Counted from the first letter of the whole stretch, positions 49,910 to 63,299 are shown. The stretch: 63,299 bases of DNA, filler included, from Rozella allomycis CSF55 (GCA_000442015.1; 7 parts of 7 records of this genome joined end to end with filler, not necessarily neighbours in it); one strand, 5' to 3'. Numbers and translations: made by a program. Notes: a model not told the origin generated them from the sequence alone.

Positions 49910-50967
49910 TTATGAACTTAATATGCTGTTGCAGATAAAATCTCGTTTAACTTTCGCATATGTGTTATCTTCATTGCGTGTGACTTCCAATTGGGGTATA
50001 TCAATGTCATCATTATAATCAGGTATATCATCTAGCACCGTATCATCTTGAAACTTAATACAGAGATTTCGAAGCACAAAGCACGCTTGTACAATGCTTA
50101 CATTGCCTTCCATGCTTTTGAAATCCAATGGAAGCCTCAAAATACGCCACCGATTTTTCAATCACCAAATGCGCGTTCAATTACGTTACGAGTGGCTGAG
50201 TGTATGTAGTTAAATTTTTTTTGTTCCGGGGTTGCATTTTCATGATCGTAAGGAGTAATAAGATATGGTTTAAGGGCATATCCAGAATCCACTAAAATAT
50301 GATATCCTCTAGGAATTAGCGACTTTGCAATTTGACCAAAATGACTTCGATTCCAAACAGATTGATCATTCTGGCTTCCAGATCGAATACAAAATTTTTG
50401 CGAATCACAAATAGCCATAACATTAAAAGCCGGAAAATTTTTTCTACAATACCATCTATCTGGGGGAGTTGGCCTTTCAATTTCAATTAGACTACCATCG
50501 ACTGCGCCCACCACATTTGGAAATCCTTTTAACNGGGAAATCCTTTTAACTGTTCAAACCCCGAACTTAAAACTTTCCAATGATTTTCATTAGAAGGATA
50601 TTGAATATGGTCTTTTACCAATCCAGGAATTAATTTGTATATTTGATGAATGTATCTATGTGTGGTAGATTTTGAATTCCAAACATTCAAGCGACATCTT
50701 TTTCACCTCCATTTGAAGCTAAAAATGCTAAACAAACAGCGAGACGAAGAGCAATTGTTTCATCATCAAAACGAGATGTTAGAACCCTGTTTGTTTGACA
50801 AGATTCAGAATTCTTACAAAAGTTATTTTTGAACATCGTAAGTACCGTTTAAAGTATCCGTCACCTCCTGAGTCATGCAAAGCAAGTAAAAACGCCTTAT
50901 TTGCGTATGTGTATTGAAAATAGTTCTCTTCTCGATAGGAACGATTATCAGCAATAATATTATACAA
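49910..50967 (-). pseudogene. Harbinger DDE_Tnp_4 transposase
   Basis: VGAVDGSLI, CRKNF..NVMAICD, GSQND, DSGY..LITPY, FN..HS..R..IERAFG, K.RWRIL; frameshifted. Confidence 0.9.
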
Positions 50968-51105
50968 TATTATAACATAACATGTAGAAAAAATTGCAAA
51001 AAGTGNNNNNNNNNNNNNNNNNNNNNNNNNNNNNNNNNNNNNNNNNNNNTTAATTAATTAANNNNNNNNNNNNNNNNNNNNNNNNNNNNNNNNNNNNNNN
51101 NNNNN

Positions 51106-51546
51106 TTTTTGATTCTGAAAATTCGGATTTACAACCGGAAGGATTTGCTGAGGCTACTTTTGGAAAAGAGAATGATCGTAAATCGCGTTTTAGGGTGCAT
51201 TTTTATGTCTGCTGGTTGTGCAGTTAGCTGGATGTCAAAGAAACAGTCTGTTGTTGCTCTTAGTAGCACTGAAGCCGAATATATTGCTTTAGTTGAATGT
51301 ATAAGGGAAGGATTGAATTTCAGAAATATCCTAAAAGAATTAAATTTTAAAGTCACAGGTAGTATGTCAATATTGCAGGACAACAAATCCACGATTGCAA
51401 TAGCATCCAACCCTATTCAACAATTTCGAACGAAACATATGGATATAAAGCTTCGTTTTATTGAAGACCATATAAAGAATTCGGATATGAAATTGGTATA
51501 CGGTAGAACTGATATGATGTTGGCAGATATATTAACAAAACCTTAA
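51106..51546 (+). mobile_element. Ty1/Copia RNase H fragment
   Basis: SW.SKKQ.VVALSSTEAEYIA, DNKS.I, RTKHMDIK, MLADILTKP. Confidence 0.93.
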
Positions 51547-51933
51547 AATACTAAACCGTTTATTAAATTAAGAAATTTAATCGGTATTCGTAGTTTGGAC
51601 GAATTACAGTCAAAGGTATTAAATAATGAAAATATTGCTAATTGCAGTATTACTTTAGAAAATATCAGCTAATCAAGCTTTTGCCTTATGACAAAGGTTT
51701 TAATGCGATTAGTATGATATAATAGTGATAATCATCTTCTATCACTAGCATTCCTTTTCAGCTTGAAAGGGGGTGTTGAGTTACACAAGCAAATCTTGTA
51801 TGCAATCTTCAAAGGTTGTGTTTTTGTAACGAAATCATGGATGGAAATAACTTTTATTGCTTTATCATTTTTACTAAATAAATTTTGACTCTGGCTCTGA
51901 AAGTTTTCGTTTCTATCTAGAATCAACATTATT

Positions 51934-52996
51934 TCATGTGCCACCCTCACGGGCTCTACAGTCTTTAGTATTATGACGGATTCTGGGATTGTCCTTGTCA
52001 ACCTGACAGTAATATGTCGTTTTAACCTTTTTCGTGGGCGGACTACCGGGAGCTTTCTTCTGAGCCTCCACTCTTCTCTTAGTTGGAGATCTGCTTGCTA
52101 TGTTATTTTCCGCCAAAAGGTCTTGGATTCTTCCGATGAACTCGGGAAATGTTTTCCTGCGGTAGTAATACATTTTAAAGATTTTAGAGAACTTTTCTGA
52201 TTTCCAGTAAGGTGATAGAAAATCCTTCAACAAGTCGTTCTTCAAAGTTTCCCATGTGTATTGTGGATTCAAAGCGTTGTGTCTAGTTAGCCATTGGGCC
52301 ACAGATTCATTGTTGTGCACAAAAAGCCTGAGTAAGTGTTAAGTTTGTTCAGGAGTCAAATTGTTATCCTGGAAGATTCTTTCAAACCTTTCCAAATATT
52401 CCTCAATGTTATTGGGGTCAGAAGGTTCTAATTCTATCTTAGGATACAGTTTATGGACTGCCGAGATAATTTTTTGATCCTTCTGCCCGGAGGCCGGAAC
52501 CTGAGCGATCACAGTGGGGGTATTATGTCTTGACGCCGGAGCATCATCTAATAATTCACGACTCCTCGTGCTTTGAGTAATCTCTTCTTGGAGGGTGTTT
52601 ATGCCTCTGTCCAAGGACTCTGACGGACCCTCAGCCAGGCGAACAGCTACAAGTGCAGCTAGCTTAGTTTTCAACCTTGCCATTGATGCCTGGGGGCTCT
52701 AAACTACTTGTGAGGTGTCGATTTCGGGAGTGATATCCCCGACGTCCGCATCGTAATNAGCTAACTAATTTTTTAAACCTCCCCAATGATGCCCTGAGGC
52801 TCTCAATTACTTTTGAGGTGTCGATTTCGGGAGTGATGTCCCCGACGTCCTCATCGTAATCGATTTCATCCAAAGAGTCGGTTTCCATCGCGTCGTCCGC
52901 GATGGGTTTTACTGATTCTTTATCAGCTAGAGTGTTTGGTACTTGCTGTACCGGAACTTCGAGTGAGAAACTGTTGTTGGACATGTTGTCTTCCAT
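51934..52996 (-). mobile_element. LTR retrotransposon gag-like ORF (disrupted)
   Basis: IEEYLERFERIF, QW....TWETLKNDLL.DF capsid-like helices and a degenerate knuckle YC..D....HNTKDC; LTR-like repeat upstream. Confidence 0.65.
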
Positions 52997-54199
52997 GGTT
53001 TGNTTCCATTGTTTGTTTATGGTACCCTGGCTAATATCACTAGGGCTTATAAGTGATTTGGAAATTCGGAAATTCCTCTGCCGGTAACCTTATTAAAGTA
53101 ATTTCTCTTATTTGTCCAATTCTCTTCTTCAATCAAAAAGATGTCGCTCCATGCGCTTATAGTATCTTAATCCTCATAAATTGGATAGTACATCAAAAGA
53201 TAAAAGAGTAAAACTGATGTCGATTGAGAACGGTTTATCCTCCGTTCTATTCATTGGTATCTCCTTAGAGTTTTATATGTTTGGTCCTTTCTATAATTAG
53301 TATCAGAATAGAGATCCGTCAGGATTAAGAGATCCTTTGAGAATTATGACTCCTCTCTTTGATAATTATTCTAAGATTTGTGGGATGAGAGGCTAACAAC
53401 AAATTTACCCCGGGTGTGCCACACCCCTTGTAGAAAGCCGGGACCTTATTGGTTGAATTCTTGTCACGGTAGTGTCACGTCATTGTTACAGAGGCTTGGC
53501 GGGGAAGGTATAAATAGATATAAGGAGCTGTAATTTCGATAAAGGGGAATATATTTGAAAATAAAAAAAAATATATATTAAAAGTCTTAAATACAATTGA
53601 TGTTTTTGTTCTGAATATCGACCATCATCAGTTCAAGTTGCAGTGGATCGTCCGAAATCCGTTAATCCATTTCCATTACCCTCAAATCAAGAAATTTCCT
53701 TGTGTGCAAGCATGTTGAATATTGGCCTTCTACTATTTAAGTGATGTTTACAACATTAGCAAACAAACATGACATCAATGGCACAACCATACTGATACCG
53801 TGTTGGTAAACAGGAACTTGACTGGGTGACAAACATATTTGTTTCACTAGGTCTATCATCGGGAGTTGACTACATGTTAAAATTAGCAAAAAACATGAAG
53901 GTCTCAAAGTGTTTTATTACCTAGTTGAAGATCTAAAAGCACTATCTCATTGTGATACCTATGGACTTTAAAATTAAATCTATTTGGATAAACATCACTA
54001 TATAAGGGGAAACATTAATTATCTTAAAATATTTTTATGCCATGTTTCAGAAAATCATTGAAGGAATCTTTTTGCTAATGTGAAAGTTAGCTTTATTATG
54101 GTATACCACATCGATGTCGATATTTGTCAATTCTTTCAAAGATTATAAAGAGATTACGGTTAGGGCCGGCAGTCCAAGTACCAAGACAACGACATATCA

Positions 54200-55288
54200 A
54201 AAGAAAGACAATTCATCCATCAGATGTAAGACACAGCAACATTATGGTTGGCAAAGCTATTGCTGAGGCAGTAAGAACCGGTTTAGGTCCTAGAGGAATG
54301 GAAACGATGATCCAAAAATGATTGTTGAGGTTGGTGACGACGACATCACTGAACTTTAAAGTGGTGTCTCAGTTGGCGCCTATCGCTGTAGATGCAGTTT
54401 GAAGGTGATTGATCCTAAGACAGCGAATAATGTCGATTTGAAGGATATAAGATGTGTTCAAAAGTTGGGAGAGACTATTGATGATAAAGAGTTAATTAAT
54501 GGACTTATAATGACTCAAACAGTGACCAAGTCAGGCAATAAGTCAACTGGAACGGATAAGGCAAAGATTAGATTAATTCAATTTCAGCTGTCACCAGATA
54601 TGGACAATACAATTATTTTTTATGATTATCGCCAAATGGATAGTATTTTGAAAGAAGAAAGAAAATATCTCTTTGATATTTGCAAACAATATGTGGCTGC
54701 AGCGTTCTTTTGATACACAAAAGTATTTTGCGTGATTCAGTCACTGATCTCCATTTACATTTTCATTCTAAATTTTTCTAAAACTACTGGATGCAATCAA
54801 TTGCTGATATTGATTCATTCAATGAAGATAAACTTGGCTACGCTGATCCTATAGAAGAACTTCATGAACATGGATCTAGAATCGTGAAATTGACTGGATT
54901 AAAGAATCAAAACACTGTTATTCTATTTAATTCTCTTTCAAACAGTTTCTGTTTTAATTTGAGAAGAAGCGGAACGTTAGTCTAGTTAAGAATAGAGCAT
55001 TTGAAAAAAACAAACAAGGGAGATCAATTCTTATGTGCACACAATGTATGGCTAAGCTGATATAATGCGTGATAGAAAGGCGTGACGTGTATTGGATCTT
55101 CAAGATATTTGAAGAATCTTTTTCGAACTGGATATGCGTTGTCAATTGAGAAGACAGATAATTTTGAAGAAGAGTCATTTTTAGCTCTATTTTTAATAAG
55201 TAGGATATAAATGCAAAGATAGGGTTACACTACAGAATCGGCCACAGAAACTATTGCCAAAATTGACAACATTGTTCAAGCTCGTTAA
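54200..55288 (+). pseudogene. CCT4: CCT/TRiC delta subunit pseudogene with deletions, stops and frameshifts
   Basis: [79 protein letters not shown]. Confidence 0.85.
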
Positions 55289-55529
55289 TCTTTTTAGTCA
55301 AAAAAAGAAAATAGATTAAAACGAATCGAAAAGATCTTTTTAATAAAGTACTTTTTTAATGATTAATTTCTTCTTCGAAACTTCAACAGCGTAGGAATGA
55401 GCTTTATGTCTTCGAAGGCTTCCCTAAGTTAAAAGTTTCCAAGATCATGATGAGACTGGACTCTTGCAATTGAATATTCAATTTTTCATTTATTTGATTT
55501 TCAAACGATATAATTTTGATCAAAATATA

Positions 55530-56450
55530 TCAAAATGTCCCATACACATTTTTTTTCGAATTTTCACTAGAAAAGCTTCCACATAAAGATCTGATGGGTT
55601 GGGTGGAAGGTCTTGCTTCTAACCATATCATTTGCCAAATTAACTTGTTAAATATATCATTCTGAAATGGCAGATCTACAACTGGTAAAGGATTTAATAA
55701 TTCTTTACACTCTCGATCTACCAATTTTCACATTAAACTCTTCTAAATGCAAATCATTAATTTTTTTTAAATATATCAACATTTTTTATTGATTAATTAA
55801 ATTTTCAGAATTGATCAAGGCTATGACCTGGTTCTCCAACAAATTTCTTTTGAAAGCTTCATGAATATAGTACAAAATTCGTTTTCCACGAAGTTTGATG
55901 GAATCTTCCGTTTCAAGAAGAAACAAGTACAATGCCCGTGAGTTAGGAGTTTCTGGGAAGAATGTAGACCAAATTCTTTTTGAAAAGATTCGCAATCAAA
56001 AAATCTATGAAGCACTGTTTCATCTTTAACTTGACATTTTGAGCACATTGCAGAAACATCACTAAACCTTGCGAATCTTTTATTAGTTAAATATACTCCA
56101 TGATAAATTTTCCATAATAACTGAGAGTAATACCAATTGGTCCCACTTCCCCAAATTCCTTCCCAGATTTTTCTTGAAGTGATATATTAATTTCTTGCAT
56201 TGAATGAGGAGTTTCACTTTCATGAACTAATAGTGATTTCATCAATCCTGAATTCTTCATTAGCATTCTCCTGGAATTTCTTAAATGAAATTCATTATAT
56301 CTTAGATATTTGAAGTAACATAATTATCATTTGAATTGAATAGAAGTGTAGAACATTAATAAAAGTATGATCTAAATATCCAGAAGAAAAGAATCTAAGA
56401 TTTCCTCTTGGATTGACCAAGAGGAAATATAATATTGATGAGTATAACAT
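55530..56450 (-). mobile_element. Non-LTR retrotransposon (L1/Tx1-like) 3' remnant with zf-RVT
   Basis: IWEGIW..LLWKIYHG..CSKC..ETVLHRFFDC..IW CCHC motif; frameshifted. Confidence 0.75.
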
Positions 56451-57153
56451 GTTTGTTTTTTTGGATTTTGAGTTGAAAAATTATTTTAATAATTAAGTTG
56501 TTATTATAAAAACTAGAAATAGGATTTGTTTTTCGAATAGGCATGAATCATGCTTCGAAATGTTGACGACAAAAAATATTCTAAGTCGAAAGATATTTTT
56601 AGACAATGGTATAAGCCTCGCAACTGCACATACAAAATGACGTGACATGTGACATTTTGGCGCAGCCCAGCATCCCCCAATCATACTTCTTCATTATCCC
56701 GACAAGTTATGCCAGGGGTGAAGCACACCCCGTGTGTAAATATTTCTACCCGGGATGAGAATCCCTGGTACGACACATATTTCATGAAAACAATTAATGA
56801 ATTTATTTATATGTGTCACAACTGTAAAGTGCAGGAGCGAAAAATATATTCATTGACATCTGCAATTAATTTTTTTGATAATGGTTTGCAGTGGATTTGC
56901 ACAAAGTGTTTGGTATTAAAGTTGAGAAGGATAGGTGGACACCTGTAGTAAGGTCACAACTGATAAGTTCAGGCGCAAAAAAAATATATTAATCCACATG
57001 TGCAATGAATGTTCCTGATGGTGGTTTGCGGTGGATTTGTAAAAAGTGTTTGGNNNNNNNNNNNNNNNNNNNNNNNNNNNNNNNNNNNNNNNNNNNNTTA
57101 ATTAATTAANNNNNNNNNNNNNNNNNNNNNNNNNNNNNNNNNNNNNNNNNNNN

Positions 57154-57394
57154 ACCAAATTATCACACCGTTTAAATACTTGACACCGCCGCAACCGATA
57201 TCTATACCATTTAAGATGAGTATTTTTATAGTAAAATGTATGAACACAAGAATCAAAACGCCTATTTGAGCTTTTCGTCCGGGAGATTTGTCTTTTTGAA
57301 TATAGAGGAAGGATTCAATAAGGAATTTTATAGTTAACACTAAATATAGAGGAGCCAAAGTACGCAAGCTATCATTAAAGGCAAGGCCAGCCAT
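57154..57394 (-). CDS. N-terminus of a multi-pass membrane protein (truncated by contig end)
   Basis: ATG-initiated ORF with two or more hydrophobic segments. Confidence 0.5.
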
Positions 57395-57544
57395 TTCAAA
57401 GTGAAATATATTTTCCGCATATATAAATAAAGTGAGCAGCTTGGATGATTTACTTGACCTGCGGTTTTACGTCATTTTTGAAGTTAAAAAACCAAAAATT
57501 CTTAATAATCAAGATTTATTGATGAGATTAACCTTTCACAAGCC

Positions 57545-59067
57545 ATGATTCGATTACAGTCATTCACAGGATTGATTTGCAAGAAAGTTAAGCCATTTTA
57601 CATTCCCTCAAGTAATATTCTATTAAAGTATTACCAGCAAACTTGTCTCGTGCAAAGGAGGAGGACCCCGTTGACCTAGCGGAGAAAGTCAAAGAAATGT
57701 ATTCCACAGGTAAGGAGAAGGTGAAAGAACTTATTAAGAATTCAACAAACGCGCAAGGTAAGTTTCGTACAATATCCTTACTAGATGACATCCGTGAAAC
57801 TTGCGAAGATGCAAAAACAGCGTCAAAAATGGCAGAGAAATCTCTAGAGGAGCACAATGAAACCTTGAAAGATTATATTAAAAACACAATCAGTGAAGGA
57901 CTATCAGCCGCGAAGGAAGAGTTACATATTCCAAAGCCAATTTCCACAAGAATTAAGGAAGGTTACGTCGGGATTTCACATGGGGTGAAAGAAACTTTAG
58001 TGGACCCGGTAAAGGATATATACAGAGCGCATGATCCTTTGGAAACTGCGATAAATGGCATTCACGGAGCTCCATTTGTGATTGAAAAAGCCAGTATGAA
58101 TTTGAAACAACATGCCAAGGAAATAGTGCAATCAGCAGAAGAAAGTATACAAACGAAAATTGAAGGGCTTAAGGATGATGCTAAAAGTGCCAGAGAGGCA
58201 GCTCACATTACATTTATCGATCCACTGAAGGCTAGTATTTTGAAAGCGGAAGAATCTGCTAGTAGTTTGAAACAATCAGTTAAACAAAAAGTAAGTCACG
58301 CGTATACTGGGGACACAATTGATGAATCTAAAATCCCAGATGAAGAACACCAAAGCACCAGAAGTGTATATGATGACATGAAAGAACAGGGAAATTCTGT
58401 TTCCAAAATGGGATCTGAATTTGTTGAAAAGGCTAAAGAAAAGTTTCAAAAAGGTGTCCATGACGCATCATCGATCAAAGAAGAGGTAAAGCATAAGATT
58501 GAAGAAGGAGCGAACAAAGTCTCTGATATTAAAGAAAATGTTGCAGACAAGGCAAATGACGTCAGAGGCAACATTGCTGATAGAGCCAAAGGGGTTAAAG
58601 AATTTTTTGAAGACAAATTGCACAAAGGGATTGATGATGCTTCTGACATGAAAGATCGTGTTTCTGAAAAGGTAAGCCAAGGTGCCTCTAAACTCGGTGA
58701 TATTAAAGAAACTTCAAAGGATTTGGGAAATCAAGCCAGGGAAAAGGCCCAAGGTTTTAAGGAAAAAACAGAAAAAGTTGTTAATGAAGGCGCAAATAAA
58801 ATGCATGAATTGAAAGATGCCGCCATAAACAAAGGAAATCAAGGCAGGGATAAAATGAAGGAATTCAAGGATGATGCTTCTGATACTACTAAAGAAAAGA
58901 TTCATCAAGTATCTGAATTGAAGGATAAAGCCAAAGATTCTGCTCATAATGTCAAGGAAAAGGCTACCGATACAATGGATGATGCCAAAAACATGATCAA
59001 GGGCATGAAAGATGAAATTGAAAACCGTGATAATGAAAACAAACAGGAAGAAATTTATCGTCCTTAA
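57545..59067 (+). CDS. LEA-like hydrophilic helical-repeat protein with possible mitochondrial presequence
   Basis: Short basic first exon (MIRLQSFTGLICKKVKPF), 26-nt intron, then K/E/D/A-rich 11-mer-like repeats (KEKVxxGA, KDKAKDSA). Confidence 0.75.
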
Positions 59068-59184
59068 TTTATAAATAAATGAAAATTTATTTTCAATTCC
59101 ATTATTTTTCTTAAATTCATGGATTCAAAAGAGCGGGAATTTCCAACTTGAAAATTCAGTATCAACCCTGGCCGCAATTAAAAG

Positions 59185-61692
59185 ATGTTTGTAGTGAAAA
59201 GAGGTAAAAATGTGTGAAACACGGTAAAACAAGATGGCAGAAGAGAGAAAGTAGCTTTTGACAAGATTACAGCGCGTATCAGCAAGCTGTGTTATGGACT
59301 TGACACTAACTATGTTGACGCGTGTGAAATAGCGCAAAAGGTAAGATGACTTTTGTGGGGTGAGAAGGTTGTTAGTGGGATATACCAGGGAGTGACGACT
59401 GTTGAGTTGGACAACTTGGCAGCTGAGACTGCTGCCTATTTGACTACCAAGCACCCTGATTATGCGTTGTTGGCAGCCCGTATTGCGGTGTCTAATTTGC
59501 ACAAGGAAACTACTAAAGTGTTTTCTGCTGTGATTGAGCAGTTGTATAACTATGTGAACCCCAAGAATGGCAAGCATTCACCCATGGTGTCTCAGGCAAC
59601 TTATGACATCATCATGAAGAATGCTGATAGATTGAATTCAGTTATTATCTATGATAGAGATTTCAACTATAACTATTTTGGATTTAAGACGTTGGAGAGA
59701 TCATATTTGTTGAAGATTGGTGGAAGACCAGCTGAGAGACCACAGCATATGTTGATGAGAGTATCTGTTGGTATTCATGGAGAAGATATTGACGCGGCTA
59801 TTGAGACTTATAATCTGCTTTCTGAAAAATTCTTTACTCATGCATCTCCCACTTTGTTTAATGCTGGTACGCCAAGGCCTCAATTGTCTAGTTGTTTCTT
59901 GTTGACAATGAAGGATGACTCGATTGAAGGTATTTATGATACATTGAAGCAGTGTGCGATGATATCAAAGACAGCTGGAGGGATAGGATTGAATGTTCAT
60001 TGTATTAGGGCAGCAGGTTCATACATTGCAGGTACTAATGGATATTCCAATGGATTAATTCCAATGCTTAGAGTTTATAACAATACTGCTAGATATGTTG
60101 ATCAAGGAGGTAATAAGAGACCAGGGGCGTTTGCGATTTATCTTGAACCATGGCATGCAGATGTGTTTGACTTTTTGGATTTGAGAAAGAATAGTGGAAA
60201 AGAAGAAGTTAGAGCGCGTGATTTATTTTATGCATTGTGGATCCCTGATTTGTTTATGAAGAGAGTTGAGCAGGATGGAGATTGGTCATTGTTCTGTCCA
60301 GCTGAAGCACCGGGATTGGCAGATGTGTGGGGTGATGAATTTGAAAAGCTTTATGTTGATTATGAAAGACAAGGAAGAGCAAGAAGAACAGTTAAAGCTC
60401 AAAAATTGTGGTCGGCGATTGTTGATTCACAAATAGAAACAGGCACTCCATTTATGGTCTACAAAGACGCATGCAACAGAAAGAGCAACCAGCAAAATTT
60501 AGGAACAATTAAATGCAGTAATTTATGCACTGAGATTGTTGAATATTCCAGTCCTGATGAAGTCGCTGTGTGTAACTTGGCATCAATTGCACTTCCAGCT
60601 TTTGTTGATAAAGAAAATTTTGATTTTAAACATTTGCATAAAGTTACTAAAGTTGTTACAAGAAATTTAAATAAGATTATTGATATTAACTATTATCCTG
60701 TCAAAGAGGCTGAGCGATCTAATCTACGTCACCGCCCAATAGGAATTGGTGTTCAAGGATTGGCTGATGCTTTCATGTTGATGAAATTGCCTTTTGATTC
60801 TTTAAAAGCAAAAGAATTGAACAAGAACATTTTTGAAACTATTTACCATGCGGCTTTAGAAGCATCTTGTGAATTGGCTGAAAAACAAGGTCCATATGAA
60901 ACTTATAAGGGTTCTCCTGTTAGCAAAGGAATTCTTCAATACGATATGTGGGGTGTCACACCATCCAACCTTTGGGATTGGAAATCTTTAAAAGAGAGAA
61001 TTAGTCAATTTGGTGTTCGAAACTCACTTCTCTTAGCTCCAATGCCAACTGCTTCTACTTCTCAAATCCTTGGTAATAATGAATGCTTTGAACCTTACAC
61101 TTCAAATATTTACACTCGTCGTGTTTTGGCTGGTGAATTTCAAATCGTTAATCCTCATCTATTAAAAGAATTAACTGAAAGAAATCTTTGGAATGATTCT
61201 GTTAAGAATATGATTATTGCTCATGGTGGTTCAATTCAAAAAATTCCTTCAATCCCCGATGACCTCAAATCTATTTACAAAACTGTCTGGGAAATATCTC
61301 AAAAAGCTGTCATTGACATGGCTGCTGATCGTGGTGCCTTTATTGACCAATCCCAATCTTTAAACATTCATTTGGCTGAAGCTAACTTTCAAAAAATCAC
61401 CTCAATGCATTTTTACGGTTGGAAGAAAGGTATCCATTTCTTCTTTTTAATATTCTAGGCTTAAAGACTGGAATGTACTATCTCCGTTCTAGACCGGCTG
61501 TTGACGCCATTCAATTTACTGTTGATCAACTTAAACTAAAATCTGATCTTGAAAATACCGAAGATGAAAAGCCTATGGGTTTCGCTTCAAAGGCTGAATA
61601 TGAAGCTGCTAAATTGGCTTGCTCAATAGAAAATAAAGGTACAAACAATCCTCCCTACTCATCTAGATGCCTGCATGATGTGCTCAGGTTAA
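59185..61692 (+). CDS. RNR1: Ribonucleotide reductase large subunit (class Ia)
   Basis: MFVVKRDG ATP cone, [49 protein letters not shown], terminal CMMCSG; four GT-AG introns. Confidence 0.98.
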
Positions 61693-61716
61693 TCTTAATA
61701 AATTCAATTTTATTCT

Positions 61717-62035
61717 TTATTTGTTTAAAAATTCTGCTAATGTATTAGTTTCTATTGCCTCGTCAAAGTCTTCGTAGACCTTTGAAATATAACCAATCAA
61801 TTTACTCCTTTATATTCATCATCAACAAATATTTGAGGAATTTCATTTCTTTTGCTAATTTCTTTCATCTTGTTTCTAGAATCAACATCCGATGCTATGT
61901 CTACAAGAGTAAACTCCATCTTTTGTGCACTTAGAACATCTATTATTCTCTGCTGCTGCTTTTTAATCTCTATTTTCAAATAGCATAATTTACCTTTATA
62001 TTCCCAGATACACTAGAATAATAAACTATGATCAT
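61717..62035 (-). CDS. SH3BGR / glutaredoxin-like protein
   Basis: VYYSSVSGNIK|IKKQQQ..VDI..PQIF..YKG|VYEDF.EA.E; two introns. Confidence 0.85.
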
Positions 62036-62074
62036 TCCTGAAATTTCATGAACACCGATTACTAACGTGGCGCA

Positions 62075-63155
62075 ATGTCATATTCTATATTTTCCTGTGT
62101 AATCTATTTTAAATTTCTTTCATAGAAAGGGTTCAAATTCTTTTGGGCAGTGCGGCACAAATGATACCGTAGACTATACACGCTTCAAAAAGGTGCTAAC
62201 CATAAATGAAAAGATCTTAAAAATCAGTCACGGTGGTTATCACACCTTTCTAATAACTGAATCTAAATCTGTATACGGCTGTGGCGGAAACGACAAGGGG
62301 CAGCTTGGAATCACCGGTTTGAAAGAAAATCTGCTGCAGTTTACTCTATTAGAGAATGTCAAGGCTGACGATATTGCGTGTGGTTGGGATCATTCAATTT
62401 TATTGCTTGATGGTAGAGTGTTTGTTACTGGTAGCAACTCATTTCATCAGCTGGGTGTTGAAAAAGTGAAAAGGTTGGATACATGGACGGATTTGAGTAT
62501 TCCAGAGAGTATCTCAAAAATTTCGTGTGGTCTTCGGCATTCTATGGCGCTGACAACGGAAGGATCTGTGTATGTTTGGGGAAATAATTCACATTATAAA
62601 TGCTTTACGTGGGAAAAGCATGTGATTGTGCCGACAAAAATATCACTGGATGCTTATTTAGATGCAGACGAAATAGTTGTCGATATGGCTCTTGGCCAGC
62701 ATCATTCTTGTCTGCTCACATCAAAAATGAAGTGTTTGCTCGCTGGCAGGAATAAGTTTGGTGAATGTTGTGGTCTAGCACCAAATCAAGACGTATTCTC
62801 GTGCGTTATACCGAATTGTTTAAAAGTGTTTTGCGGATGGAATACCACTATTTTTTATTGCATTGATAAAAAAGTTTATGGGACTGGCCGAAATGATTAC
62901 TTCCAGTTAGCTATTGATGAACCCCAGCAAGTGAATCAACTTGTACCGATGTTGGAAGATGTTGATTGTATTTCTGTTGGATCGGAACATTGTTTGTTTC
63001 TCAGAGAGGCAAAAGCATTTGCTTTTGGGTGGAATGAACACGGAAATCTTGGAGTTGAACATCAAAATCGTGACATTTTTCGAGTAGTTATAGGAAACGC
63101 GTGTCTTGTCTCGGCAGGATATGGAAATTCATTCGTTGTGGTACTTGATTCATAA
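62075..63155 (+). CDS. RCC1-repeat beta-propeller protein (Ats1/SERGEF-like)
   Basis: Repeats of GSN.FGQ.G, IACGWDHS, CGLRHS, GWNEHGNLG; one intron 62099-62129. Confidence 0.88.
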
Positions 63156-63299
63156 TGCAAACAATTGAGATTTATAATGAAAATAAATTAAAGATCTATT
63201 TTTGAAATACAATATTTGTGAGAGTCTTCAAATTTAGTTATTTGACTTTGCAGTTTGAACGTTTTCGTAAATTGCATTCCACAAATTCAAGTGTGAATA

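Larger units (their letters stand above)
49021..51005. mobile_element. PIF/Harbinger DNA transposon (degenerate)
   Basis: GGGCCTGTTTC TIR-like end at 49022, followed by convergent Myb/SANT and DDE transposase genes. Confidence 0.85.

Noticed and set aside
27359-57153. Repeated TTAATTAATTAA palindrome within N runs
   Set aside because: Artificial six-frame-stop spacer. Adjacency across spacers (for example Helitron next to ankyrin gene 39138, or Gypsy next to AP-2 alpha) has no biological meaning.
1-63299. tRNA, rRNA or snRNA genes
   Set aside because: None recognised by eye; covariance-model searches were not run.

Overview
AT-rich, gene-dense eukaryotic DNA with tiny (about 24-31 nt) spliceosomal introns. 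It looks like an early-diverging fungal-related endoparasite of the Rozella (Cryptomycota) type; this taxon call is inference only. The window is seven contigs joined by six artificial 100-nt N-TTAATTAATTAA-N spacers, and it contains many single-N junctions flanked by duplicated, slightly divergent overlaps. Contigs 1, 4 and 7 carry housekeeping genes (VPS20, DRS2-type flippase, AVT-type transporter, OST1, PEX2, RCE1, GPI18, monoglyceride lipase, HSE1, BUD22, MRPS9, HRD3, eIF3i, AP-2 alpha, MRP49, PLPBP, RNR1, SH3BGR, RCC1-like). They also carry a bacterial-type CoA-disulfide reductase-rhodanese gene, two small secreted coiled-coil proteins and a LEA-like protein. Contigs 2, 3, 5 and 6 are repeat-rich (Helitron-type element, Gypsy/chromovirus, Copia, Harbinger, LINE, F-box/ankyrin genes, CCT4 pseudogene). 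Top observations: (1) at least five of roughly 80 hand-traced introns appear to end in ATG or CAT rather than AG, suggesting length-measured 3' splice-site choice; (2) a 'split Helitron' whose Rep gene ends before the helicase, with Pif1 as a separate convergent gene, seen in two copies and accompanied by OB-fold, OTU and SET9-like cargo; (3) kb-scale saw-tooth GC-skew switches independent of gene direction; (4) divergent gene pairs with only 31-39 nt between ATGs around an AAATTT-type motif. All gene models were traced by eye and no database searches were run.
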